The notes: generated by a model from the sequence alone, not told the origin. Positions 16,840 through 32,916 are shown, numbered from the stretch's first letter. The stretch: 64,000 nucleotides of DNA from the human T2T-CHM13v2.0 reference genome, Homo sapiens (GCF_009914755.1 NC_060947.1); one strand, 5' to 3'. A program made the numbers and translations.

Positions 16840-17076
16840 GCACCACGTGTCAGCCTTTCCCAGACTCTCAGGGGCGGGGAGAGAGACGAATACCCACAGG
16901 CCCAGTACTTCGTTGGTTGGTGGCTTCCTCCAGTCCCGCCCATACTGGGAGAATACCAAGACCCCACCCTACAACTTCCTGGGCCTGGACTTCCTGCCAG
17001 AGGCCGACTTAGTCTTCCCTCCCCACGGGCCAGTTCCTACACCTGGACCTCACTCTGTCCAGAGCTTCAGGTAGGC
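16840..17076 (+). promoter_or_regulatory. Best-preserved promoter-like block with candidate first-exon donor
   Basis: E-box CACGTG 16844, GC boxes 16871 and 16935, tandem ETS ACTTCCTG at 16974 and 16989, CAG|GTAGGC donor at 17070/17071. Confidence 0.5.
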
Positions 17077-18060
17077 CTCAGGAGGTGGAACTAAGATCCA
17101 GCTCATGGTCCGAGCCTGCTCAGCCTCTAACAGAATGGAACTTTCCAATATAAGCCCTCTAAGGGATGGGGCTTTTTCCAGAAATTTCCTCACGATGGCA
17201 GTGTTGCTCCTGGAATTCTATCCAATACTGCCCCCAAGCCCTCTTCTCCCGCCCGTCTGGTATGAAAAAAAAATGTGACCAACAGATTAAGGCACCAGGA
17301 AATATGGCTGACTTGAGAAACTCGCTCACACTATTGTGATTTTGCTTTTGGTTTTTCATCTGAAATCAAACTGGCGCCTAAACCTACACTCTCATCAGGG
17401 GTCTTTTCAGTTCAAGAACTCAATTTCCACTTACCTAGTCTTCACAGTTCTGCTTTTTCTTCACCTAACTTTTTCTCATGGTACTAAATTGTCTTGGTGT
17501 ATCAGGGGTCAAACCTCAGGGATCCAGGCCTAGAGGGAAAAGCAAATGGTTGCATCTAAGGGCTTGGAGAAGAGCAAATCCATGTTGTTCTTGCCTAACT
17601 CACTTCCCAGGTTTCCCGGGAGTCCTACTCAATTTCTGGCCTAGGCACTAGGCCTGTGTGTTGAGGGAGAAGCAGTTGTCTGGAACCCTAAGCTAAGTGT
17701 CTAGATGGTTCTCAAGACTGCGTGCTATACAGTGCCCATTTGGAAGGGTACACAAACTCAAATATGTATAAATTCCAGTCAGAGGAGACTGATACAGTCT
17801 CATAGTCAAAATAATTTAAAATCGGAACACAGGCATGTTCCTATGTTCTTATATGACTGTCAATGGTTTCCTGTGACTTTAGTGTGTATATGCTTATCAC
17901 TTAGGGGTCAATCTTATGGTATTTTATCTTACGTAATTAAGACATGGTGCTTGCAAAGGATTTGCAAAGGATTCAGAAAAGAACAATGTGCTGACCAAGA
18001 GTAAAGCACTGTCATAAACAGTACCTATTAGTAATACTGATAAACATCTGGATTATGTTT

Positions 18061-18727
18061 TGTGAACTAAAAAGTGTCTGAGACAGGTCTCAATAGTTTC
18101 AGAAATTTATTTTGCAAGTTTAAGTACACGCATGCCTGGGAGATAGGTCCATGCCTTTCTTCAAAGATGATTTTGAGGGCTTCAATATTTAAAGGGGAAA
18201 GGGCAGATACTGGGGAAAGGGGAAGAAATTTTGAAAAGATGTGGGTAGATAAGAGGCAAAGGGTAGCATTCTTTTGAGTCTTTGATCAGCCCTTCATAGG
18301 CGAGATGAGGGTAGAGGAATAGTCACGTACACATTCATCTAGCTCAGTGAATCTGCATTTTTTACATAGGATAAAATAAACACAGGGCAGAGGAAGCAAT
18401 CAGACATGCATTTGTCTCAAGTGAGCGGAGGGAAGACTTTGAGTTCTGTCTTTTGTTCCATACCTGTGAGGATAAGCCAAAATTTACATTGTCAGGGTGA
18501 AATTCAACAGAACTGTTTCAGGGTAAAAATCTTGGGGCTCACAAGGAATTTCCTAGTGGGCAAATTGTGAGGGAGATATGTAGCTTTTTGTTTTTGCTTT
18601 GTTCAATCATTGTAGCCATCTTATTTAGGAATAAAATGGGAGGCAGGTTTGCCTGACGCAGTTCCCAGCTTGACGTTTCCCTTTGGCTTAGTGATTTTGG
18701 GGCCCTGAGATTTATTTTCCTTTCACA
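18061..18727 (-). mobile_element. MER4A-type ERV1 solo LTR
   Basis: Minus strand starts TGTGAAAGGAAAATAAATCTCAGGGGCCCCAAAATCACTAAGCC; TG...CA ends; GTTT 4-bp TSD. Confidence 0.88.
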
Positions 18728-19219
18728 GTTTCAACATACACATGCAAACTCATATACTTATGCACTCATTTCAATATATACACATAAACATTTATATTTC
18801 GTGTCATACACAATAGTAAGTTTACATTAAAATGAGGTTTATTTGTATGTTATGGTTTGGAGTATACTTTCACTTCTGTTTCCTGGGCAGTTTGTCATTA
18901 TCATGAAAAATTTGCAAGACCTGAATTTTTAGTAAATGAAACATTAACCAAGAGCTTCTTGATTGCTACATTCAATAACAATATGGTCTCTGAAGACATG
19001 TTCACTTCATAAAACACTTATTTAACAACTGGAAATTTAATTCCTATGATGTCTCCTCTCAGGTATCATGATTTGAAGAGCTTCTAATCTTTATTATGCT
19101 AACATGTGTATACTCTAAAACAAATATTGAATCACAAGTATAACATGCGTGCATCAGAAAATATAGGATATTCCTTCCTTCTCAAAATTTTAACCTACAA
19201 TTAAATCTAAAATTTCATC

Positions 19220-19519
19220 TTATTTTATTTATTTATTATTATATTTTTAGAGACTGGGTCTGGCAAGTCTATGCAATCATGGCTCACTGTAGCCTTGACC
19301 TCCAGGCTCAAGCAATCCTCCCACCTCAGCCTCTGGAGTAGCTAGGACCACAGGCACACACCACCACACCCAGCTATTTTTTTCTTTTTTATATTTTTTT
19401 GTAGAGAAGGGGTCTCCTTATGTTACCCAGACTGATCTCTAACTTGTAGGCTCAAGCGATCTTCCCAATTCAGCCTCCCAAAGTGCTGGGATTATAGGCA
19501 TGAGCCACTGCACCTGGCC
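19220..19519 (-). mobile_element. AluJ SINE
   Basis: Antisense Alu with J features (GGCTCAAGCAATCCTCCCACC). Confidence 0.92.
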
Positions 19520-19989
19520 TAATCTTATTTTATTACTAAAAAAAATTAACAACAGATTGCATTACTGTATAAATAAAGTCTGTGTCCTCATCTCTTTAGC
19601 ACTGTGACTGTGACCCAAACACGTACTCCATCAAAGGTTCAAGGTGAATGCATTGACATATTTTTATATTCATCTATAATCTTTTCTTAATGTTTCCCTT
19701 TAAATTTATTTATTTCCTAAAAATTAGGTCTTGCAAATTTTTCGTAATGACAAATTGCCAAGGAAATAGAAGTGAAAATATTATCCAAATCATGATATAT
19801 GAATAAATCCCATATGAATGTAAACTTATTATTATATATGAAGCTAAATATCAAAGTTTCTATGTGTATACATATACACATGTACACATATACATACATA
19901 TACAAACACACATTAATATACGGACAAAGAGAGTGAAATTTAAGTGCATTGTTACTATAATAATCATAATTAAAAATATACACTTTTTA

Positions 19990-20103
19990 GGGAGGCTGAG
20001 GCAGGAGAATCGTTTGAACCTGGGAGGCAGAGGTTGCAGTGAGCCAAGATCACACCACTGCACACTAGCCCTGGAGACAGAGTGAGACTCCATCTCAAAA
20101 AAT
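19990..20103 (+). mobile_element. Alu right-arm fragment
   Basis: GGGAGGCTGAGGCAGGAGAATCG...GAGACTCCATCTCAAAA. Confidence 0.92.
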
Positions 20104-20146
20104 ATATATACTTTTTAAACATAAGTACACATATAGATGGATATGG

Positions 20147-20483
20147 AGTCATGCCTAATTTAATGACAGGGATACATTCTGAGAAGTGCATTGTTAGTTG
20201 ATTTCATCATTGTGCAAACATCATAGTGTACTTACACAAATCTAGATAGTATAGCCTACTACACTCCTAGGTTGCAGAATATAGCCCATTGCTCCTAGGC
20301 TACAAAGTGGTATAGCATGTTGTTATACTGAATACTGTAGGCAATAGTAACAATGGTAAGTATTTGTGTATCTAAACATAGAAAAGGTACAATAAAAATA
20401 CGATATTATAATATTATGTATGACATAACCATCATATATGCAGTCAGTCATTGACCTAAAGATCATTATACAGGGCATGACTG
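20147..20483. mobile_element. Tigger3a (MER7A) DNA transposon MITE
   Basis: AGTCATG...GCATGACTG termini; GGGATACATTCTGAGAA and TATAGCCTACTACAC core. Confidence 0.8.
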
Positions 20484-20775
20484 TATACTAATGTGTAGTT
20501 TATCTATCTTTAAACATAATTGAATGAATACCGAAGGTAGTTTTGAACAGAAACATCATCATTATCTCATACAATTTCCATGTTCCCATATACATATATG
20601 TACTTGGAGAACTTGAAATCTTTTTATTCTACCCTGGAAAGAGCCTTATTATCCAGAAAATTTAAAAAGCAATAGTTGCTGTTGGCAAACTGTTCAGATA
20701 TTGAGAAATCATGAAGCCAAAAATAAATGATAGTTCAATCCCAACAAGAATAAAGACTTTTAAAATGTCATTCAC

Positions 20776-21341
<566 letters not shown>

Positions 21342-21515
21342 TTAAAAATCATATTCAAATTCCTTTGTACCTTCAGTGTTCAGATACATTTTCTGTACAT
21401 ATTGTAGCTAGAGTACTTTCCAAACTTCATTAAATATTCTTTGAAATACTGATTATATTTTAGAGAGTAGCCTCTTACTTTTGGGATTTCACAAATCAGA
21501 TGTATTTCTAAATAA

Positions 21516-22067
<552 letters not shown>

Positions 22068-23224
22068 TAATAGAAGCATTATGAAAAATTTCATAGAGTG
22101 CACGAATCAATGAAAGACCTAAGGAAATACTTTATCCCAAATCAACCTATCCCAAGGGAACCACTATTAGCAGCTTAATGGGTACATGTATTCAAATGTT
22201 GTAAATAAGGTGTACAACCACTCATGAGAGCTGACATTATTTAACTAAATAAATATATCCTACTGCACATCAATAAACTCCCCTATTTGCTGACAAGATG
22301 CTTGGAGCATACATACATTCATCCAGGGAGGAATATACCATTTATTTTCTTCAATTACATTCTAGTTAAAATGTAGGTGGAGTTTTGTGTCATTGTTTCT
22401 TCATTCAACATTGAATAATGGATACTGAATAGCATATCTCTTCATGATAGTACTTTATTTTTAATCTCATATGATTGCTTTGTTGTTAAGTTCTTAAGGA
22501 TAATAGATGCATCTGGCAAAGAAATGACAAATGAGTAATCGTAAAACAGGAAAGAGAGGATACTCTGAATCACACAAACTCAATTGATATTTCAATCTAG
22601 TACATTCCACCTTTTCTTCTATATACACTTTTGCATGGGAGTGTACAGGGGTTTTTTGGTATGAATTTAAATGGACATGACCTATATATGGAATTCTCTT
22701 TTTAATTTATTTTTCTTTTTTATGCTTTACTCAGGTCTTTTATAGCGAGGCCACTTACAATGCCATTAAGCATGCCAAAGAAGACTGGATTTTATGTTAA
22801 GTAATTATTTGCCAAAAGCTTTTCTTTCCATGACCATTAAAAGTAGGACATTAATCATTTCAATGTATATATAGAAGTGTGCCTATTCTTATGGAAAATA
22901 GAATCTGAAATAAAACAATATTGTATAACTTGTACCTTTATTAAATGTATACTAGGACCTTTTTTGGGTTTTCTGTAAATTTCAGAATCAACCCTTGCTC
23001 GTTTTCAACATTTCAATTTTTAAGACATAAATAGTTAAAACCTGTAGACTCTAACTTGTATTTTTGAGATACAAACTATACTAGTGTTTGATTAGAAGCC
23101 TTCCAGAAACTGTACTTAGTACATATTCACCCTCTAGAATCCGTATATGTTTATGGTTCTGTGTAACAGTAGAGAAAAACAGTCTTTCATAAGAGTAATC
23201 CTCATGATTTTGTTTTACACATTA

Positions 23225-24262
23225 GTTTCTTAGGGATACCAAAAGCATAGCCAACCAAAGAAAAAACTCGACAAACCAGATTTCATCAAGTTTTAAAAAA
23301 GTTGTTTCACAAATGATACCATCAAGAAAGAAAGAAAAAACTCACAGAATGGGAGATAATGTTTTCCAATCATATATTTGGTAAGGGACTTGTATCCAGA
23401 ATATAAAAAACTCTTACCACTCAGTCATAAAAATATAACTCTTTTAAAAATGGACAAATGATCTGAATAGATATTTATCCAAAGAAGATATGTATATGGC
23501 TAACAGCATGTGAAAAGATGGTCAACCTCATTAGCTATTAGAGAAATGCAAATGAAAAACACAGTGAGGTACTACTTCACAGCCCCTAGGTTGTCTATAT
23601 TTTAAAAAGACAGATAATAACAAGTGTCAGTAAGGATATGCATAAGCTGCAAGCTTCATATATGGCTTGTGGAAATATCACATGGTACAGTCACTTTAGA
23701 AGTAGTCTGGCAGTTCCCCAAAAGTTTGAAGATTCTATCATCATATGACTAATCAATTCCAAACCTATTTATCTACACAAGAGAAATGAAAACATGTTCA
23801 CACAAAAAGTAGAAACAACTTAAATGTCCATCAACTGATGAATATATATAAAAATGTGGTATATCCATACAGTGGACTGTTATTCAACCATATTGAAGAA
23901 TGAATTATTGATACATTGTACAACATGAAAAATCCCTCAAAACATGCTAAGTGAAAAAAACCAGACACAAAAGACCATATCTTGTAGGATTACAATTATA
24001 TATAGTTTCCAGAATAGGCAAATCCATAGACACAGAAAGTAGATTAGTGTTTGCCAGGGACTAGAGGAAGCTGAGAATGAGAACTGCTAGTAGGCATATT
24101 TCTTTTTGGAGTGATGAAAATATTCTAAAATTGATTATGGTAATGATTGCACAATTCTGTGAATATATTGAAAACCACCACATTGTACATTTTAAATTGG
24201 TGGAATTTATAGTGTGTGAATTCTATCTCAATAAAGCTGTTTTTAAAAGTTTCAAAAATTAA
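23225..24262 (+). mobile_element. Old L1M (L1MB/MC-type) ORF2 end and 3' UTR
   Basis: L1 motifs GAAATGCAAAT, AAATGTCCATCAACTGATGAAT, terminal TATCTCAATAAAGCTG. Confidence 0.88.
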
Positions 24263-24269
24263 CAGGTTA

Positions 24270-25530
24270 ATTCACATTTATAAAATTAATAAGAAAAAGC
24301 ATATAATCATCTGAAATTGTGTAGAAAAAGTATTTGACAAACATAAACACCAATCCTGATTTTAAAAAACTCTCACCAAACTAGAAATTGAAGAAAATAT
24401 ATCTTCAATATGGTAAAAATATACAACTAATGTCATACTTAACACTGAAAAAGTCAACACTGTTTTTAAGACCTAGAGCAACGTGAGGAATTCGTCTCTC
24501 ACCTCTTCTATTCAACGTCATACCAGATTTTCTAAGAAGTGCAATTAGGCAAAAAAAAAAAAAAAAAGAAAAGAAAAAAAGATTACAGTTTGGAAAGAAA
24601 GAAGTAAAAGTGCTTTCACAGATGACAGTATTGTTTACATAGAATGATTCTTCAAAAACACTTCTAAAGCTGCTAAAGTCCATATCTTACAGACAAGGTA
24701 TGATTGGTGTTGCTTTTGTATCTATTCAAAAAAACTGTGTCTTTTATGTGGAATGTTTAACCATTAACAGCTAATGTATTTACTGATAGGTTTTAATTTT
24801 GGGCTACAATTTTATAGTTTACATTGTTTGTCCTCATTAATTTGTATTCTTCCATTTCCCCTTTCCTTCCTTTCAAGTATTAGAACACTTTATCTTTTAG
24901 AATTCTATTATAATATGTCTGTTGGCCTTTTGGCTATACCACTTTGTGTTATTTTTTAGTGGTTATTCTTGCGATTGCAATATGCATCCTTAACTTTTTA
25001 TAATCTTCTCAGAGTTGATATTTTACCGCCTCATACAGAATGTAAAATCCTTATAACAATATACATACTTTTACTATTCCTCGGTGTCCTTTATACTATT
25101 ATTGTCATATGTAATTTATGTACATACATTATAAACACAGCAAAATGATGTTAGAACTTTTGCTTTAAGCATTCAAGTATATTTTAAAGGAACTAAGTGA
25201 AAATTTTTTTTGTACATTCTCAGACACTGAACATTTCTGATGTTCTTTACTCTGGAACATGTTCTGGCTCTGGAAGATCTGTATTTTCCCCTGATGTAGT
25301 TTTCTTCAACCTGAAGAATGTCCTATAGCATTTATTTTATTGCATGCCTACCAGTGACAAAGAATCTTAGTTGTCTTTTGTCTGAAAACATCTATTTCAC
25401 CTTCATCTGTGAAGATATTTTCAAGGATGGAGAACTCTGGGTTGATTTTTTTTTTCCCATCAGCACTTTCAAGAGGACGTGACACTGTCTTGTAGCCTCC
25501 ATAGTCACTGATGAGAAAGCCATAGCTTTT
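24270..25530. mobile_element. L1M fragments (+ strand ORF2 to ~24690, then - strand fragment)
   Basis: CTTCTATTCAAC and GAAGTAAAA..TTCACAGATGAC ORF2 motifs; T-rich antisense L1 downstream. Confidence 0.7.
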
Positions 25531-25805
25531 AAAATAAAACATGTGATATATGACAGCTGCAGCGCTTCAGTTCTGTGGGGGAAATGACTGAGTTTTCAAT
25601 GAGTGGTCTTGGGATTACTGGGCATCCATGCGTGCAAATGAAACTTTACTTCTCCCTCACACTGTACACAAAACTCAATTCCATAGTCTCTTTTCAGGTA
25701 CTCATGGTGAGGAAATTCATTATAAACCTGCACTTGTGCTATGGAAAGCCCAGGAGAGGAGGGAGGGCTTTGATGGATTTGAGAGGTGAGAATGAATGTC
25801 TAAGC

Positions 25806-26003
25806 CAGGGGTTGGCAAGCTAACTCACAGAACAGATGTGGCCAGTGACTTGTATTTGTAAGGCCTGAAAGCTAAGAGTGATTTTTACATTTTTAAAGCT
25901 TTGCTTGAAAAAATGGAGGCTATGTGACCGAGGCCACCTGTGGCTTGCGTAGCTTAAATCATTCACCATCAGGCCTTTTACAGAAAGAGTCTGCTATTCT
26001 CTG
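25806..26003. mobile_element. MER58-type hAT-Charlie MITE
   Basis: CAGGGGTTGGCAA start, GCTAAGAGTGATTTTTACATTTTTAAA core, CCTTTTACAGAAAGAGTCTGC end. Confidence 0.75.
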
Positions 26004-27099
26004 CATCTAGGACCAAAGATACCTTGACCCATAGTTTCTCCTATGTAGGGACAGGACATGTTCTAGAAACCCCACTGTGGTCTAATGTGCACGTCCTCTT
26101 CATGAGGATGGCTTCACTGACATAAACATAAGCCGGACCAGATTAGCATTTCATGTCAGGCCAGGCCCCAGAAGCAGAGTAGAATGAGATCCAGACACAA
26201 GTTCTAACCGTATCTGCGACATGGCCTTACAGGAAACCAGTGGAAATCATTCCTCAGTGAAAGGCAGAGGCCTAGGAAATGGGGTTGGAGCCGGGGTGCG
26301 TGGGTGGGCACGAAGGTTCACCCTTTCTGGAGGACCTCCCAGACCGCAGAATCAAGGGGGCACCTCCTGGACATCTTCTCACTACTATGTATCTTCCAGT
26401 CTTGATTTCTTAAAAGACAGTAAGGTGAGGGGATAAAGGATCAGGTGTGTGTGTCTACTAGTTGCTGACAGTTAAAGATGGTCAGGACCAATGACAGGAT
26501 GAAACCAGGGATGTGTGCTTTGGCAATCACGTGAATGTAGAAAAAGAGTGATCTATAGGTGAAAGGGGTCTTGGTAGCAGTCAGGGATCAAGTGAGAGTC
26601 AGAGATGGGGTGAGCGAGGGTCAGGTGTGTCCACAACACAGGATTTTTGCAATTATTCTGAGTGTTAGGATCATAGTTAGGGACGGGATGGATTGGGAAT
26701 TTTGTGAGGGTTGAAGATGTCTGTTTTTCATTTCCTTGATAATAGGAAGCACCGATTTTACATAGGGTAAGGGATTAGGTTGGAATCAGGGATAGAGGTC
26801 AAGTTAGGGGTGGAAGGAGAGGTGGAAGCAAGTGTGAGGATAAGGGTTGTGCCGAGAAGGAATACATATTGCTTCAGATAAGCAGTGCATAGTAGGATGG
26901 ATTGGGGTCAGGAACAAAGTGGGGGGCTGCTATTCTGACATATAGAGAGATTACACATGGCATCTCTGAGTCAAAAGGCGGGAGGAACCTGTAGGCCAGT
27001 GGTGGTGACTGTGAACCCTCTGAAAGTGTCTTTGCTGTTTGTGGCCCCTGAATGTGTCAGTCGGCTGTGTGTGCCCTGAATGCCTCCCTGCCAGAGCAG

Positions 27100-27800
27100 G
27101 AGCGCAGTGAAGCCTTTATGATCAGGAAGGGTCAGGGCCGGCCATCTGGGTCCCGGGCAAGGGAGGAGCTGGGCCGGCTGCGGACCCCTCGGCAGCCACG
27201 TTCCGAAGGGACAGCTGAACCCACAGGGTGGAGTAGGAGGTGGCAGCTATGGAGAGGGGAGCAGGTAGGGTCCCCGGGCCTTACTCCAGAGGGCGAGAAG
27301 GAAAGCATGAAGGGCTCGGTCTGGCCTAGGAGGGAGCCCAGGCTGCCTGGCAGAAGAGACTCCGGGGGCTCCAGTCCAGGCCCTGATGGCCGAGAAAACG
27401 TGAGGGGCCCAACAGGGCTCTCTCAGGGAAGGGGCCGCCCCTGTCCTCTCCATGCCAAGACGGCCTAAACTCCACCAAGAATTTCCCGTGGTTGCAGTTC
27501 CCCCAGCCGGAGCCACCCGCAACTGGAGCAGGCCTCTCTGGCCACCCTTTCCCCACCTTCCAGCTGTGGCCCTTACATTGTGTGTGTCCCAAAACCCACT
27601 GCGGATATCATGGCAGCTGTGGGAAAATGCAGCAGAATTGCTGATACAGAGGATTCTAGGAGTTTTGCTTTCTCAGAACCTCCCCACCCCTCGCCTCGCC
27701 AAGCCCCGGGTTAGGAGCCCCTGCTCCCCACATGTTTCTGCGTTGTGTGTCATACATCCTATTGGCCACTAGATGGCGAAAGAGACCTTGGCAGGACGTC
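27100..27800. promoter_or_regulatory. GC/CpG-rich promoter-like region
   Basis: Sharp rise in GC and CpG outside any recognisable repeat; GC box GGCCGCCCC ~27433; donor CAG|GTAGGG at 27264/27265. Confidence 0.65.
27763..27781 (+). promoter_or_regulatory. CTCF binding motif
   Basis: TGGCCACTAGATGGCGAAA closely matches the CTCF core CCASYAGRKGGCR. Confidence 0.8.
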
Positions 27801-28149
27801 TCACCTCTTCAGGGATGAGGGCAACGTTTTCACAGGTCCAGTTTTTCCTGTTCCAATGGGTGAAATTAGAGCTCAGGACCAACCAGCGCCCCCATACTTC
27901 TCACACACATATTTGAGGGAATGAAGGCTAAAAACCACGTTCTGCTGCCGCCTGGGATACTCCTCCCCTTACCGCCCTCTCCCCTCTCAGATCCCACAGT
28001 GTGAATGTTCATCTCCACAAACAACGTGGGTAGGATAGGCGCTGGGGATGGCGCTGTCTTTGGCTGTTCCCGTGTTCCTTGTGCCTGCTGCCTCCCTCGG
28101 CTCAGCACAATTGACGCCAACAACTAACAATACTGTAGGCTTGTCTGAG

Positions 28150-28360
28150 GACTGGGGTCCCGTCTTAGTGGCTGTGTGACTTTGAGCTAGTTAATTAACC
28201 TCTCTGTGCTCGGGTTTTCTCGCGTATGCAATGAAGATTGTAATCGTGTACCTATGTCATAAAGTTACTGTGAGGCTGAAATAAATGAACATTTCTAAAA
28301 CACTTATGAAAATGTTTGGCACATAACTGCACATCCAATATGTGCTAGCTATTCTAATTG
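28150..28360 (+). mobile_element. MIR SINE
   Basis: GCTGTGTGACTTTGAGCTAGTTAATTAACCTCTCTGTGCTC core. Confidence 0.8.
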
Positions 28361-28513
28361 CCATCTTGCCCTGCAGAGTAAGGCCTCAGTCATTATTTGT
28401 TTTTCTTGGCATTTCCTATCTTGAGCTCCTAGGTTTCGACTATGGACTCTGTCTCTGGCGTCACCAACTATGTCTGGCAGTTGGGAACTGCTTTTTAAAA
28501 ACTAATTAATTTT

Positions 28514-30520
<2,007 letters not shown>

Positions 30521-30554
30521 ATAACTCCTTTTTGATCTCAGTTTTTTGTGTTTT

Positions 30555-30850
30555 TATTTTGATTTTTTTAGAGACAGGGTCTCACACCATCACTCAGACT
30601 GAAGTGCAGTGGTACAATCACAACTCACTGCAGCCTTTAACTCCTGTGCTCAAGCGATTCTCTCAACTCAGCCTCCTGAGTAGCTAGGACTATAGGCTTG
30701 TGCCACCATGCCCAGCTAATTTTTAAACATTTTTTTCCTAGAGTCAGGATCCTGCTATGTTGCTCAGGCTGGTCTTGAATTCCTGGGCTCAAGCGATCCT
30801 CCTGCCTTGACCTCCCAAAGCATTCAGATTACAGGTGTGAGCCACTGTGT
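30555..30850 (-). mobile_element. AluJ SINE
   Basis: Antisense Alu with J features. Confidence 0.9.
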
Positions 30851-32578
30851 CTTTCTCTGGTCCTAGTTTTTTGTTGTGTTTTTTTTTTCTTCTACAGAGC
30901 TTTGGTGTTGCTGTTACTGCGTAGAGAGAGGCCTGACATTATGTTACTAGAGTCCCACTGTTCTCTGAGAACACTCGAGAAAAATAGAAATTTCTCTCTC
31001 CACCTACAGGTCGAAATCCTTCCCCGCTGATATAAATATTTGAGTTGGGGAGCAGAGCTTCAGGGACCATGAAGAAAATGCTGCTCTGGGGACACTAATT
31101 GAACTTTCATCTAGCAGGTCCTGTGCCCTACCTACTCAAGAACAAGTTCTGTTTGATGAAGAAGTTACACAGCTGCCAAGTTCCCTCATTCTACTACCTA
31201 TCTACCCCCAAATTCAGGAATGTCTCCATATGTTGACTATGCTGACTTTTTCAGTGTCCTAGTGGAACCACAGCTTAAAAAATGGGAAATGGAGGCAGTC
31301 CCATATGGCAGAGTCTCCGATGTGGAATTAGGCATCGTTCTCCAAAAGCCAGCCTGCAGCCCCTTTGGAGAGCTTACTAAACTATAAATTGTCAACTGTA
31401 TTACATGATAAAGCAGATGTGTCCATACAGTAACTCTTTTGCTAATAAATGAGGTCTAAATTCCAAAAATAGAACCAAGTGTTCCTAATGAGTGCATCAC
31501 AAGAATAATTTCAGTGAATGGAAGAACAAGGCCCATTACCAAGGAAGGTGCTTGCAAGGATAAGACTATCCAGATAGTGTATAATCCAGCTGGACAGCTT
31601 CATTAACATTTCCCTCTCTGCCAGTGTCTGAGCTCATCCTACAAAAAACCATGACGCACTTCCAGATTTATGTAAAGATAGGCGAAGTTATTCATACCAA
31701 CCCTGCCTCTGGAAACAACTTTTAAAAACCTAAATAATATGTAAACAGTGCCTTCTTTAAACAATTGAAGAGCTGAGAGGGGGGTAAGATGTTACCTGGC
31801 CAAAATAAATGGAAAATGAAGACGTAGGGAGATAAATGAGAACTGGAAGCTACTTTTGCCATGTGAATATTTGCCAAATCAGAAAATTGTAACTTTTGTT
31901 CTGATAGCCTCTTAGGGCAAGATAAATATTAAACTAAAAGCCACAATATATACAAAGTAGAGCCTTTCTTCAATAAGGTGGCCCCCAAAAAGGCTACACC
32001 ACAGAGAATAGATGAATAGGATTTGGTTGAGCTCTCACACATAATTTCATCTTTTGTTCTATTTACCTAATAATCCAGGGAATCCCAAGCCTTAAAATTT
32101 AAGATCGTCCTCAACTGAGAATAACCCCAATAACTTGGCAGAGGCAAATGGAAATCTTCTCTGGAGGAAAGTGACTTCATCCTATCCTAAAGTCATTGCT
32201 ACAGATAACAAAGTATGATGACAAAAATAACCAGGTCCATAAACAAACAAGACACAATGGGCAAGAACAGGCAGAATAATAGGCAAAAAAAGGCACAAAA
32301 TTTCAGTTAATGGAATTATTAAGACACAGACCATAAAACAACTATGCTTACAATGTTTAAAAACATGAAAAAGGCAATCCCACTTCTAGTCACTCTGGAG
32401 AAAGAGACCAATTTGCCCTCATGCTTGAAATAACCAAAAACTACAAATATATGAAACAACAGTTATTGAGTTCCTGGATATCAGGTTACAAGGGATAATA
32501 ACCCTTGGATATGGGCAGCAGATAATGTAATACCAACAAATATGTCAGCTTACTGACTTAAAATAGTTTCTAGGTTTC

Positions 32579-32812
32579 CAATGAGAACACATGGACATAG
32601 GGAGAGGAACAACATACACTGGGGCCTATGGGCAGGTGGGGTGGGGAGAGGGAGAGCATTAGGAAAAATAGTTAATGCTTGCTTGGCTTAATACCTAGGT
32701 GATGGGATGATCTGTGCAGCAAACCACCATGGCACACATTTACCTATGTAACAAACCTGCACATCCTGCACATGTACTCCTGAACTAAAAATAAAAAATA
32801 AATAAATAAAAT
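32579..32812 (+). mobile_element. L1PA/PB 3' end fragment
   Basis: CAATGAGAACACATGGACA...CTATGTAACAAACCTGCACATCCTGCACATGTAC plus A-rich tail. Confidence 0.9.
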
Positions 32813-32916
32813 AACAATTCTAACTAGTTTCCAAAAAGGTGAGGTTAAGAATATAAGACCCATTTTCCATGACCCCAGACTTCAAAATGTAGTATTTAAA
32901 AGAACTTCCACTTCAT

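Noticed and set aside
27052-27772. 138-aa and 106-aa ORFs in the GC-rich region
   Set aside because: Long ORFs are expected in GC-rich DNA; Arg/Gly/Pro-rich with no domain
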